Positions 41,604-51,675 of a stretch of 64,000 nucleotides of DNA are shown one piece after another. The stretch comes from an uncultured delta proteobacterium (GTDB lineage Bacteria > Desulfobacterota > Desulfobacteria > Desulfobacterales > B30-G6). The stretch spans positions 320,001 through 384,000 of the forward strand of contig CAWGLD010000004.1 of the NCBI GenBank assembly GCA_963823335.1. Direction: 5' to 3'. Below the pieces are notes generated by a model. It ran no database searches. It had not been told where the DNA came from and saw only the letters and a list, made by a program, of their open reading frames with translations. A program made the translations under genes and the position numbers. How positions within the stretch are numbered: position 1 is the stretch's first letter; every line of letters starts with the position of its first letter.

Positions 41604-42078
41604 GCTTTAACGTAAACCCAACCCGGAATAACCGGAAAAGATAAAACTCTTTTATCACGAAAGGACGAAAACACGAAAAGACCGTCAAAACATTCGTGTC
41701 TTCCAGATGTATCATTTACGGATACTTCGTTCATGTTTTCGTGATTGCATGTATTGCCACAAAAGTAACGAAAAATACAATTGAGGCGCCAATCGGTATA
41801 ACTAATTGATAATATGAGTTATTTTAATATTGATAACCGTAAAATGTTCCGGTTAGATTATATAAATTTTTCAGATATATCAAGCACAAACCAGTAATAG
41901 CATCGTGAACGCTCTAATAGAACATGACGGTTTCGTTCCTTGGAAAAAGACTTGTTTGAAAAATCATTTGACCAGCAGAACCTTGATTCTGTAAGATCGA
42001 TTCCGTGTATCATACGTGAAACGGAATTTTTAATTGGAAGCTATCTCATAAATCTATTTTAGGAAAGGTTTGATATAT

Positions 42079-42930
42079 ATGAAAATATGTGTCGGAATTA
42101 GCGGTATTTTTCTGTCTGTGATGGTGAGTCTCTTTCCGGGTCTTGCTTCTGCGCAGCCCAGTAATATTGACTGGACCCTGGCTGGCCAAATCAAACTGGA
42201 ATCACCGCCTCTGGATGTAGAAAGCACGGCGGATGGAGAACTGGTCTTCGTTCTCCTGCCTGGAAAAGTTGTCGTTTACAACAAACATGCAAACCGTCAG
42301 CTAAACCAGATTCCCATCGATCAAGGTTATGACCGCCTGACATACGCCACCGGATCCGAAACGTTGATATTGACGAGTTCCAGCACGAGCGCGCTCAAGG
42401 TCATCCATATCGATCAGGTTCACAACATTTCCGTGGAAGGATCTCCCTTTATGGGACCGGAAAATGCGCCTGTCACCTTAGCTGTCTTTGATGACTACGA
42501 GTGCGGTTACTGTGCCAAAATGGAAGCGGTTTTCAGCCAGCTGCTTGCAAAATATCCCCAGGATGTCAAGCTGGTTATCAAACAATACCCCCTTCGAAAC
42601 CATCCCAATGCCAGGCAGGCCGCTCTTGCCGTTCTGGCAGCACACAAGCAAGGCAAGTTCTGGGAATTCCACAGTCAGGTCTTTGCCAACCAAACAGAGT
42701 TGTCGACCACGAAACTGGACGAAATTGCCGAAAGTTTTGATCTCGATATGACCCGGTTCAAAAAGGATCTCCTGTCCCAAGATGTCCTGTCCATAATTGT
42801 GCGGGACGTCAGGGAAGGACAAAAAATCGGTGTCAGCGGAACACCAACTATCTTTCTGAACGGCAAGCAGGTAAAAGATCGAACCCTCGAGAATCTCGAA
42901 AAATTGATCGAGAGAGAACTGGCTCGATAA
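42079..42930 (+). CDS. Exported DsbA-family thioredoxin-fold protein
   Basis: DYECGYC and GVSGTPT motifs; signal peptide. Confidence 0.9.
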   Translation: MKICVGISGIFLSVMVSLFPGLASAQPSNIDWTLAGQIKLESPPLDVESTADGELVFVLLPGKVVVYNKHANRQLNQIPIDQGYDRLTYATGSETLILTSSSTSALKVIHIDQVHNISVEGSPFMGPENAPVTLAVFDDYECGYCAKMEAVFSQLLAKYPQDVKLVIKQYPLRNHPNARQAALAVLAAHKQGKFWEFHSQVFANQTELSTTKLDEIAESFDLDMTRFKKDLLSQDVLSIIVRDVREGQKIGVSGTPTIFLNGKQVKDRTLENLEKLIERELAR

Positions 42931-42935
42931 AATCG

Positions 42936-43790
42936 TTAGAGGATCTCCGACACAGGTACCAGTGACACGTTCGATTGCTTGAGTCTTTTTGCAAATCGAC
43001 CGATAGCTCTGGCGGTCTCCGGGAAGGGGTGGCCGATACCGATTGCCCGGCCATACAACATGGCGTGCTTTTGAAGACTGACAAGCTGGGACATGATGGC
43101 TGATTCTTGGTGGACATTATCGAGAAATACGTTTCGGTGGGCTGTGGGTATATGGTACCGTCTGGCGGTTGCATGTGCCAGGGAATGGCTGGATGTATAA
43201 CTGTCGACAAAAAACATACCCCTGGAACGAATGACCTTCAGGGTCTCTCCAATCTCGTTCGGGGATGCGGTAAATTTGGACCCCATGTGGTTATTGACAC
43301 CCTTTGCAAAAGGGATACTCCGCATGTTGGTCTGCAGGGTTTTTTCTATCCGCTGGGCATTGTCGCCCACAAACAAAGCACCGGGACCTGGATCACAGCC
43401 AATGCTGTAAGGCTCCATGGGCTGGTGCAACATCACTTCATAGCCCTGATCATTGAGTTCGAATGCAAGCTCCTGGGAGTAAGGCACTTGCGGCAGAATG
43501 GAAAAGGTCAGTATCTCATTCAAAGCGACAAATTGCCAGGCTAACGACCGGCTGTAGCCGATGTCATCGACAATCAAGGCAATTTTGGGGGCTGGATGAT
43601 TTTGAGACTGGACGCTTTGGGCAGCAAACCCTTTGGAGATGTTGAGTAGCCCGAGAAGACCGCCGCCTGTCATCAAACACAAATACTTTAACAACTGTCT
43701 TCGGTTGAAACCACTTATATTTCTACTCATATCGAACCGCTGCTCTGTATGAACACGTATACCGCTGTTCATTTCCGTTTGGGGTTCCAT
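42936..43790 (-). CDS. Divergent polysaccharide deacetylase family protein (Tat-like signal)
   Basis: IVDDIG, HQPMEP, NNHMGS and IGIGHP motifs; NRRQLLK. Confidence 0.9.
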   Translation of the reverse strand: MEPQTEMNSGIRVHTEQRFDMSRNISGFNRRQLLKYLCLMTGGGLLGLLNISKGFAAQSVQSQNHPAPKIALIVDDIGYSRSLAWQFVALNEILTFSILPQVPYSQELAFELNDQGYEVMLHQPMEPYSIGCDPGPGALFVGDNAQRIEKTLQTNMRSIPFAKGVNNHMGSKFTASPNEIGETLKVIRSRGMFFVDSYTSSHSLAHATARRYHIPTAHRNVFLDNVHQESAIMSQLVSLQKHAMLYGRAIGIGHPFPETARAIGRFAKRLKQSNVSLVPVSEIL

Positions 43791-44049
43791 TTGGATGTGT
43801 AAGATGGATCAATCGTGCTAGATTCTCAATCTTTTCAGAGTGCCATTACCTTTTTTGTATGCCATATATTGAGGGAATAGTCAATAACCAATACAATATA
43901 TTGACAATGTTGCCCGTATTTGGCATGAAATAAAATCGTTTTACGATTTTATCGAGCGCGATGGTGTCGCTTATAGCTATTGTCATAGATTTTCATGCGC
44001 AACTGTGCACAACGACGTATGAAACATCCGGACTGGCAGGAGGGCCCCC

Positions 44050-44460
44050 GTGAAAACATCATATCAGATTTATCCTATTGGATTCATTAAAAATTCAAAT
44101 GAATTTACCGAAATTGAAATCTGTGACGAATTCACCGACGCGCTTCTGGGTCTGGAGGCATTTTCACACATCCACGTCTTTTACTGGTTCCATCAAAACG
44201 ACACCCCGGATAAGAGAAGCATCCTGCGCGTTCATCCGAGAAAAAATGAGCAGAATCCATTGACGGGCGTATTTGCAACCCATTCACCGGTCAGACCCAA
44301 TCTCTTGGCTATGTCCTTGTGCCGGATTTTATCCATTTCATCCAACCGAATCCGCATCCATGAGATCGATGCCCTTGACGGATCTCCGGTCATCGACATT
44401 AAATGCTATATTCCACCAAAAAAATCATTGGAAAATGTCCATCTGCCGGAATGGGTTTGA
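44050..44460 (+). CDS. tsaA: tRNA m6t6A37 methyltransferase TrmO/TsaA family
   Basis: PIGFI, GVFATHSPVRPN and DGSPVIDIK motifs. Confidence 0.88.
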   Translation: MKTSYQIYPIGFIKNSNEFTEIEICDEFTDALLGLEAFSHIHVFYWFHQNDTPDKRSILRVHPRKNEQNPLTGVFATHSPVRPNLLAMSLCRILSISSNRIRIHEIDALDGSPVIDIKCYIPPKKSLENVHLPEWV

Positions 44461-44759
44461 TAGGATCAGATTCCGAGGATTCGAGGGTGATACAAGGGTT
44501 GGAGGGGCGGAGGTTCGGTGGGTTATCGCTACAATAAATGACGCGTGAAGCGCTAATGTCGTCCGACAGACCAAATGACAGCGAAAGCTATAGGGGTTGT
44601 CAGAAAAACGTTCCGATTGAGGACCTTTTTTCTGCTACAACCCCTTATGCCGCCATCCTATTTTCGGAATATTATTATGACAAGCGGTATAAATGTCGCC
44701 CACAGGGCAAAGGCACCTAAATAGTCTAACAGCCTAAACACCTAAAAGGCTAAAAAGCC

Positions 44760-46946
44760 ATGATCGCATTGACCGGTCAACTTGAACGGATCACTTACAC
44801 CAACGCACAGACGGGCTACACGATTGCCAAGTTAAAAGTGCAAGGTCAGTGGGACCTGGTTACCATCGTCGGCAACATCCCGTCACCCTCTCCTGGGGAG
44901 ATTCTGGACCTGAAAGGAGAATGGGCACATCACCCAAAGTATGGAGATCAATTCAAGATTCATTCCTATCAGACCACCGTTCCAGCTACGGTTTACGGTA
45001 TTCGGAGATACCTGGGTTCCGGCATGATAAAAGGTCTGGGTCCCAAAATGGCAGATCGCATTGTCAAAATATTCGGGGAAAAGACCCTCGACATCATCGA
45101 ACACCAGATACAACGCCTGGAAAAAGTCGAGGGCATCGGGCCAAAACGGATCGCCCTGATCCAGCAGGCCTGGAAAGACCAGAAGAAAATCCGCGAGGTG
45201 ATGCTGTTTCTGCAGTCCCATGGTGTCAGCACCGGATATGCCACAAAAATATACAAGACCTATCACAACCGATCCATTGCCATTGTTCAGCAGAACCCTT
45301 ATCGCCTCTGTATGGATATTTTTGGTATCGGCTTTGTGATTGCAGACCGAATTGCAGAAAAGCTTGGATTTCCGAAAAATTCTGAATTACGGGCCGAAGC
45401 CGGCATTATTTATGTTCTGCATGGTCTTGCAGACCGTGGCCACGTCTATTTTCCGTACAATCTGCTGGTGGACAAATGTAAAGAGGTTCTGGAAATTGAC
45501 AGTCATACCATCCAGACCTCCCTGGGCAGGCTTTCTGGAGAAACCCGTATCGTCATAGAAGACCTGGATGAGAATCCCGACACCTCTCAACCAGCTAACA
45601 AGGCTGTCTATCTGAAAAAGCACCATGTTTGTGAAACCGGCATCGCCACAAGAATTATGATGATGCTCCAAACCCCCGCGGCAGCTCCGCCCATTGATGT
45701 GGCCAAAGAAATGGACCGGGTGCAGGGACATTTTACCATTCACCTGGCAACCGACCAGCTGTCTGCCATAAAATCAGCCATCCAGAATAAGGTAACCATC
45801 ATCACAGGGGGACCCGGTACCGGCAAAACGACCATTATCCGCGCTATCTTGGAAATCATGCTCAGGTATAAGTTGCGAGTAATGATGGCGGCACCCACGG
45901 GACGAGCCGCAAAACGAATGCAGGAAACCACCGGTCAAGAGGCCAAGACTATCCACAGGCTACTGGATTTCAGCCTGCAGAAAGGGGGGTTTCAAAAGAA
46001 TGAAACCACACCGCTCGATTGTAATGCACTGATCGTTGACGAAGCATCCATGATCGACACCCACCTGATGTATTATCTGTTGAAAGCGGTTCCGATTCAG
46101 ACAAGCATCATCCTGGTAGGAGATGTCAATCAACTGCCATCCGTCGGTCCCGGGCGTGTACTGGAAGATCTGATTCAATCCCGGCAGATCCCTGTGGTCT
46201 CCCTCACCGAAATCTTCAGGCAGGCCAAAAAAAGCCGGATCATCACCAATGCACACAGAATCAATCAGGGCAAATTTCCCATCGCCCCCCCCCCCGGGGA
46301 GCCGGAGGACGCTAAGACAGACTTTTATTTTATTGAACAGGAAGAGCCTGAACGCGTCCGCCAGACCATCATAGAACTGGTTGCCCATCGAATTCCCGCT
46401 CATTTTGGATTTGAGCCCATCGATGACATACAGGTTTTGACACCCATGCACAAAGGAATTGTGGGAGCCGAAAATCTGAACAGTTCACTGCAAAATGCCC
46501 TCAATCCAGGAGAAGAGCGCGTCTCCCGGGGCAGCAGCAGCTTCCGCATTCATGACAAGGTCATGCAGATAAGGAACAATTATGACAAATTGGTCTTTAA
46601 TGGGGATATCGGGCGTATCGAAAATGTCCATTCCGAAAATCAGACCGTTTTGATTTCCTTTGACCAGCGCAATATCATTTACGACTTTTCCGAACTCAAT
46701 GAAATTGTCCTGGCCTATGCCATCTCGGTGCATAAATCCCAGGGATCGGAATACCCGGCAGTCGTTCTTCCCATTCTCACCCAACATTATATACTCCTTC
46801 AACGAAATCTGATATATACTGCCGTCACAAGAGGAAAGCATCTCGTGGTTGTGGTGGGAACCAGAAAAGCCCTTCATATGGGGATCAACAACAGTAAAAC
46901 CAAACAACGATTCACATACCTGAACCAGCGACTCATAAATTCGTAG
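44760..46946 (+). CDS. recD2: RecD-like ATP-dependent DNA helicase
   Basis: HhH N-terminus; GGPGTGKT, APTGRAAKR, VDEASM and HKSQGSEY motifs. Confidence 0.95.
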   Translation: MIALTGQLERITYTNAQTGYTIAKLKVQGQWDLVTIVGNIPSPSPGEILDLKGEWAHHPKYGDQFKIHSYQTTVPATVYGIRRYLGSGMIKGLGPKMADRIVKIFGEKTLDIIEHQIQRLEKVEGIGPKRIALIQQAWKDQKKIREVMLFLQSHGVSTGYATKIYKTYHNRSIAIVQQNPYRLCMDIFGIGFVIADRIAEKLGFPKNSELRAEAGIIYVLHGLADRGHVYFPYNLLVDKCKEVLEIDSHTIQTSLGRLSGETRIVIEDLDENPDTSQPANKAVYLKKHHVCETGIATRIMMMLQTPAAAPPIDVAKEMDRVQGHFTIHLATDQLSAIKSAIQNKVTIITGGPGTGKTTIIRAILEIMLRYKLRVMMAAPTGRAAKRMQETTGQEAKTIHRLLDFSLQKGGFQKNETTPLDCNALIVDEASMIDTHLMYYLLKAVPIQTSIILVGDVNQLPSVGPGRVLEDLIQSRQIPVVSLTEIFRQAKKSRIITNAHRINQGKFPIAPPPGEPEDAKTDFYFIEQEEPERVRQTIIELVAHRIPAHFGFEPIDDIQVLTPMHKGIVGAENLNSSLQNALNPGEERVSRGSSSFRIHDKVMQIRNNYDKLVFNGDIGRIENVHSENQTVLISFDQRNIIYDFSELNEIVLAYAISVHKSQGSEYPAVVLPILTQHYILLQRNLIYTAVTRGKHLVVVVGTRKALHMGINNSKTKQRFTYLNQRLINS

Positions 46947-46969
46947 TTCGAAAACTAAGGAGCTTACTT

Positions 46970-48127
46970 ATGGAATTCGGTCTTTCCACTGAACAGGAAA
47001 TCTTGAGGGAATCCGTGCGCGGCTTTGCCGAAAATGAAATCAAGCCGGTGGCGCAGGCGCTGGACAAAAAAGAAGAATTTTCATACGAAACCATGGCAAA
47101 AATGGCAGAACTCGGGCTTTTTGGCATCTTTGTGTCAGAGCAGTATGGGGGACAAGGCATGGATTATGCGTCCTATATTATCGCTACTGAAGAGATCGCC
47201 CGGATTGACGGCTCTCATGCTGCCACAGTCGCGGCAGGCAACTCTCTCGGTATCGGCCCTATTTATTATTTTGGAAACGAAGAACAGAAAAAAAAATATC
47301 TGCCCAAACTATGCAGTGGTCAGGCCCTCTGGGGTTTTGGGCTGACAGAGCCGAATGCAGGCTCCGATGCCAGCAACAGCAAAACCCATGCGGTTCTGGA
47401 TGGAGACGAATGGGTCATCAACGGTAGTAAGATTTTCATAACCAACGGATCTACAGACATTACCGCGGGCACCACCGTTCTGTGCAAAACAGGTACACGT
47501 GATGATGGGAAGCCGGAACTCTCCTGTATTCTTGTGGAAACAGGGACACCGGGTTATTCCACCCGCGAAATGCACGACAAGATGATGTGGCGGGCATCCA
47601 ACACCAGCGAACTGTATTTCAAGGACTGCCGGGTTCCCAAGGAAAACTTGTTGGGTACCCGGGGTCACGGCTTTCACCAGATGATGCAGACCCTGGACGG
47701 CGGAAGACTTTCCATTGGTGCCATGGGGCTTGGCGGTGCCCAGGGGTGTTTTGACATGTCATTGAAATACAGCAATCAAAGGGAACAGTTCAACAGGCCC
47801 ATCGCCACTTTTCAAGTCAATGCGTTCAAACTGGCGGATATGGCTGTCGAGATTGAGTGCGCACGTCTTTTATTGTACAAGGCATGCTGGTTGCGCGACA
47901 ACGACCTGCCGTTTTCAAAAGAGGCCGCCATGGCAAAGCTCTACTGTTCCGAAGTCATGTACCGCTGTGCCAATCATGCAGTTCAGCTTCATGGCGGCTA
48001 CGGTTTGATGAAGGAGTACGATGTCGAGCGATTTTATCGAGACCAGAAACTGCTGGATATCGGAGAAGGCACATCGGAGGTACAACGCATCGTCATTTCA
48101 CGCTATATCGGGGCAAAGTGTTTATAG
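46970..48127 (+). CDS. Acyl-CoA dehydrogenase
   Basis: LTEPNAGSD, KIFITNG, HGGYG and GEGTSEVQR motifs. Confidence 0.95.
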   Translation: MEFGLSTEQEILRESVRGFAENEIKPVAQALDKKEEFSYETMAKMAELGLFGIFVSEQYGGQGMDYASYIIATEEIARIDGSHAATVAAGNSLGIGPIYYFGNEEQKKKYLPKLCSGQALWGFGLTEPNAGSDASNSKTHAVLDGDEWVINGSKIFITNGSTDITAGTTVLCKTGTRDDGKPELSCILVETGTPGYSTREMHDKMMWRASNTSELYFKDCRVPKENLLGTRGHGFHQMMQTLDGGRLSIGAMGLGGAQGCFDMSLKYSNQREQFNRPIATFQVNAFKLADMAVEIECARLLLYKACWLRDNDLPFSKEAAMAKLYCSEVMYRCANHAVQLHGGYGLMKEYDVERFYRDQKLLDIGEGTSEVQRIVISRYIGAKCL

Positions 48128-48336
48128 GAAGGGTTCAAGGGGCCAAGGGTGATACAAGGGTTCGAGGGTAGCTGACAGCTAAAAGGCTGTAAACGGATCA
48201 CTGAGAAACAAACACTTGAACCCTGGGATCCTCGAACCCTCGGACCCATCTGCCAACAAAATTTAAAAAGAACTATAGAAGGTTGTTCATTTTTACCGTC
48301 ACTATAATCCAACAAGTAATTGTATAGGAGAACATC

Positions 48337-48975
48337 ATGTCAGAACAAAACCAGAAACCACCCATCAATGTCGACTATTTTGAAGATCTCACCGGGGACA
48401 TTGCCAAAACGTCAGTTGATCCCATAGAAAGCGTTGGCGAACGGATCCGTGTCTTGAGAGAGGAAAAGGGGTTGTCGCTCGAGGAGGTGTCCAGACTGAC
48501 GGGTTTTGAAATCGCATTTCTCGAAGACCTCGAAAACAACAAAGTTCAACCACAACTGGGTACTTCCATCAAGCTGTCCAGGGCCCTGGACAGCGCCTTT
48601 GGTCGTATTGTCTCGGGTGTCGGAAACAAACTCTATTCCATTACACGAAAGAGTGAAGAGATACCGGTTTCCAGGTCAACGTCTAAAAAGGGACAAAAAG
48701 AAATCTACTCCTACATGAGCCTCGCACCGGATGTCAAAGGCAGGAACATGGAGGCTCTGATCGTCAAACTGAAAGAAAATCCAGACGAGGAGATCTCCAT
48801 TCATGAAGGCGAGGAATTTATTTATGTGCTGGAAGGAACTGTATCGCTTAAAATCGGCGCGGATGCATTTGAACTGGAACCCGGAGACAGTGTGTATTAT
48901 CTTTCGACCACACCGCATCTCATCGCAGCAAAGTCAGGCGAAGCAACGATTATTGCGGTACTATATGGTCGATAA
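48337..48975 (+). CDS. XRE-family HTH plus cupin transcriptional regulator
   Basis: HTH region (LREEKGLSLEEVS); HEGEEFIYVLEG. Confidence 0.92.
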   Translation: MSEQNQKPPINVDYFEDLTGDIAKTSVDPIESVGERIRVLREEKGLSLEEVSRLTGFEIAFLEDLENNKVQPQLGTSIKLSRALDSAFGRIVSGVGNKLYSITRKSEEIPVSRSTSKKGQKEIYSYMSLAPDVKGRNMEALIVKLKENPDEEISIHEGEEFIYVLEGTVSLKIGADAFELEPGDSVYYLSTTPHLIAAKSGEATIIAVLYGR

Positions 48976-48980
48976 AAACT

Positions 48981-49100
48981 GTCATTAGCCTTTCAGGCGT
49001 CATTTATCCTTCGGACGACATTTAGCCTTCGGCTGTCATTTGCACTGCGCGCGTCATTTGTCCTATCAGACGACATTTACGCTGCGCGCGTAATTCATTG
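48981..49100 (+). repeat. 18-nt-period mini-hairpin tandem array
   Basis: Six units of g(t/a)catt(t/a) plus a short hairpin, several with a cTTCGg loop. Confidence 0.8.
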
Positions 49101-49268
49101 TAGCTCTTAGCCGGAGGCTCTTGGCTCTTGGCTGAACCTAAAACCTAAAACTTAACACCTAAAACTATCTACAATGACACGCAGTAAATTACAATGAATG
49201 ACGCGAAGCAAATGACCATCCATAGCTACTCGCAAATAGAACCCGACCGAACAATCGATGGATTTCCC

Positions 49269-50234
49269 CTAAGACTGGCTGTCAAAATGTGCTGCCAGGC
49301 TATGGATGTGTCGCTGGTCCGTGCCGCAGCAACCACCCAGGATCTTCATTCCGAATTCTCCATGCAGACTAGCCACATCGCGGCCAAAGATTTCAGGAGC
49401 CTCTGTTACCAGATTTTTGCTGCTGTCCAGTTCTTCGGGGTCAAGAGCGGCTGTATTGGCGAGCAGACCGACAACCCGCTTTCTGACCAGGGGTGTAACA
49501 TGGGTGTCATGCATCATCGCTGATCTGAAAATGGATGCATGCGTGCAGTTGCAGATATAGGCTAGCGGTTTCGGACGAACCTTGGCATCGATGGCGGTGA
49601 CAGCATCCTTCAGAGGGGTACCATCCAGCAGTGTGCCTCCCGGACGAAACACAAAACTGATGATATATGGCTTGCCGGTGGCTGCCATGGCCGACGCAAG
49701 TCCGATGGCCTCACTCACGGCAGGCAGTGTTGCCGCCAGAAGAAAGTCCACACCGGTTTCAGCCAGTTTCTGAGCCTGCCAGGCATGAAACAACCGGGCC
49801 TCATCTTCAGAAAGCCTCTCAGCAGGATTATAGGCATCCCCGCGACAACTCATCAGACCGCAGATGGCAACCTTGTCCGCATAGGCACCATAGGTCTTGC
49901 GCAAGCCATCCAGAAATTGAAAGTTATCTTCATTGATTGCCCTGCCCTTGTAGCCGGCAGTTTCGATGCGCTCCTTGCTGGCACGCCAGGTCGGGGTGGA
50001 AAGCAGCAGCGGCAAACCCGACGAAACGCCAACATCCATATACTGCCGGTAGATGGATTCCAGCGCCGATCGTTTTTCCCGGTCATAAATGAATGCCGCG
50101 TTGACAATATGGGGATCGAGCTCCCATTCCGTTTCCCGCCGCAGACGCTCGATAACCGCGCCTTCCCCGATGATGATGTCGGATTGCTCATAAAACTGTG
50201 AAAAGGATAGAGGCATCATGCCACCCTCTCTCAT
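49269..50234 (-). CDS. Homocysteine S-methyltransferase family protein
   Basis: Zn-ligand motifs ICNC and LGGCCGT. Confidence 0.88.
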   Translation of the reverse strand: MREGGMMPLSFSQFYEQSDIIIGEGAVIERLRRETEWELDPHIVNAAFIYDREKRSALESIYRQYMDVGVSSGLPLLLSTPTWRASKERIETAGYKGRAINEDNFQFLDGLRKTYGAYADKVAICGLMSCRGDAYNPAERLSEDEARLFHAWQAQKLAETGVDFLLAATLPAVSEAIGLASAMAATGKPYIISFVFRPGGTLLDGTPLKDAVTAIDAKVRPKPLAYICNCTHASIFRSAMMHDTHVTPLVRKRVVGLLANTAALDPEELDSSKNLVTEAPEIFGRDVASLHGEFGMKILGGCCGTDQRHIHSLAAHFDSQS

Positions 50235-50310
50235 ATCCAGAAGCTATCTCAAAAAAGTCTTTGGCCCAAATCCTGCTTTGGGCTTCTAAGAACATGCGCG
50301 CTGAAAGCCA

Positions 50311-50643
50311 TTAGCCCTGACCGGGAACGATAATCCGCGAGGACTCTTCCTGCTGGGCTTTTTTGGCCAGTTCGATGATTCTTTCAACTTCCTTTTTGAC
50401 GACACCCGGGAACTTCTTGACGGCTTCCGACAGAGTCGTTGTTTCCTCGATCATACAGCTTACCGGCAATGGACCGTTAGGAGACATCAGCTGAGTCTGG
50501 GCCATAAAAATCGGTTCACGGCTTTCATCCCTGGACCCATCTTCCTTGACCGGCATCAATCTCCTCACAGCACCGGTTTTCAGGTCGGTAAACGATTCTT
50601 CCTGGTACAGATTGTTTTTATCCAATTTGAGATCGATATCCAT
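50311..50643 (-). CDS. Hypothetical cytoplasmic protein
   Basis: aggag RBS; 110 aa ending SRIIVPG. Confidence 0.8.
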   Translation of the reverse strand: MDIDLKLDKNNLYQEESFTDLKTGAVRRLMPVKEDGSRDESREPIFMAQTQLMSPNGPLPVSCMIEETTTLSEAVKKFPGVVKKEVERIIELAKKAQQEESSRIIVPGQG

Positions 50644-50784
50644 GATACGCTCCTTGCTATAGTGGTTGTTAAGATACGTGTTCTTAAAAAAAATGAATGT
50701 GAAGGGTATCTATTTCACGATAAATAGCAAGTCTTAATTTAAAGACAGCTTTTAGCTATACGCTATACGCTGTTAGGTTAACTA

Positions 50785-50905
50785 CTCAAAAAATCCGGTC
50801 TATAACCCTGGATTCCCGCCTTCGCGGGAATGACGATTTTGGCTGAATGCCTATCATTCCCGCTAAGGCGGGAATCCAGTAAGTAGTTTCAAAGCACGAG
50901 TTACC
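50785..50905. repeat. REP-like doublet (GGATTCCCGCCTTCGCGGGAATGAC inverted pair) with conserved flanks
   Basis: Two inverted palindromes; the flanks recur at 58285..58360. Confidence 0.8.
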
Positions 50906-50944
50906 CAAACTTATTGAGAAGTGCCTGGGAGGCTTTAACAAGCT

Positions 50945-50996
50945 TTGAACCGAAAAAGCGAGCGCATTCCCCGTAGCTTGCTGCGAGGTTCTTCAA
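50945..50996 (+). repeat. Palindromic PATE/REP-like element (minimal form)
   Basis: ttgaaccgaaaaagcgagcgcattccccgtagcttgctgcgaggttcttcaa. Confidence 0.75.
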
Positions 50997-51243
50997 TACT
51001 GAGCCTCCACCGCAGAACGGGTGGGCTTAAGAAGCCCCCTCGAAGGGGGCTGAAATATCCAATATCGAATATCGATTACATGAATTTCGAAGTGATGGTT
51101 CTCAGCTTATGGTACAAAAGAAGATAGAGCGCAGCGATACAACACGTCAATATTCTACATTCCTTGTTCGATATTCATTATTCTCTTTTATTTTCACCGG
51201 ATCGGTAGAACCTTGCCGGGTCCTCCACCTGAGGTGGAGGTAT

Positions 51244-51386
51244 TAGAACCTATCTCAAAATAAAGATCGGAGTTCATGGCAAGGCGCAACACAGCGAAAA
51301 AGCGGAGCATACACGTAGTATGTGAGCATTTTGAGATGTTTTGCAACACCGCCATGGGCACTTAGATTATTTTGAGATGGGTTCAA
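51244..51386 (-). mobile_element. MITE-like hairpin element, divergent copy 3
   Basis: TIR gaacctatctcaaaataa / ttattttgagatgggttc; shares internal motifs with 13259..13406. Confidence 0.7.
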
Positions 51387-51393
51387 AATAAAT

Positions 51394-51419
51394 GACCCCC
51401 GCCGGCAACGACGGGGGTC
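51394..51419 (-). terminator. Probable terminator of the small gene
   Basis: gacccccg...cgggggtc stem followed by an AT-rich run on the minus strand. Confidence 0.6.
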
Positions 51420-51445
51420 TTGATAAAACAGCTTGAATGCGCAGT

Positions 51446-51607
51446 TTAGGAAAAAATACTGCCTGCTTGTCTTCTCTCCAATCCTTCCAAACAAAAATGG
51501 CCGAAGTGTGAGGGGTCATCTTCCTTGCGTCTCTCTATGCCGGTATATTCCTGTTTGCTATTCATTTTCTTGATTTTCAAGAGCTGTTCGATAATTGATT
51601 TTTCCAT
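51446..51607 (-). CDS. Small 53-aa protein with two ERR motifs
   Basis: gaggtg RBS, ATG 51607, an upstream sigma54-like promoter and a downstream terminator. Confidence 0.65.
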   Translation of the reverse strand: MEKSIIEQLLKIKKMNSKQEYTGIERRKEDDPSHFGHFCLEGLERRQAGSIFS

Positions 51608-51658
51608 GGGGCACCTCTTGTTTGTGTGTTTAGAAGACATCTTACGTGAGTTTATTAA

Positions 51659-51675
51659 CTCAAACATCATGCCAA
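51659..51675 (-). promoter_or_regulatory. Sigma54-like -24/-12 promoter
   Basis: Minus strand reads TTGGCATGATGTTTGAG (GG-N10-GA, a non-canonical -12). Confidence 0.5.

Noticed and set aside
42079-42930. Second selenoprotein candidate (DsbA-like)
   Set aside because: The active site is encoded as ordinary CGYC with no in-frame TGA.
48981-49100. Possible CRISPR array
   Set aside because: The period is only 18 nt, the constant part is 7 nt, the variable parts are hairpins reused elsewhere, and no cas genes are present.
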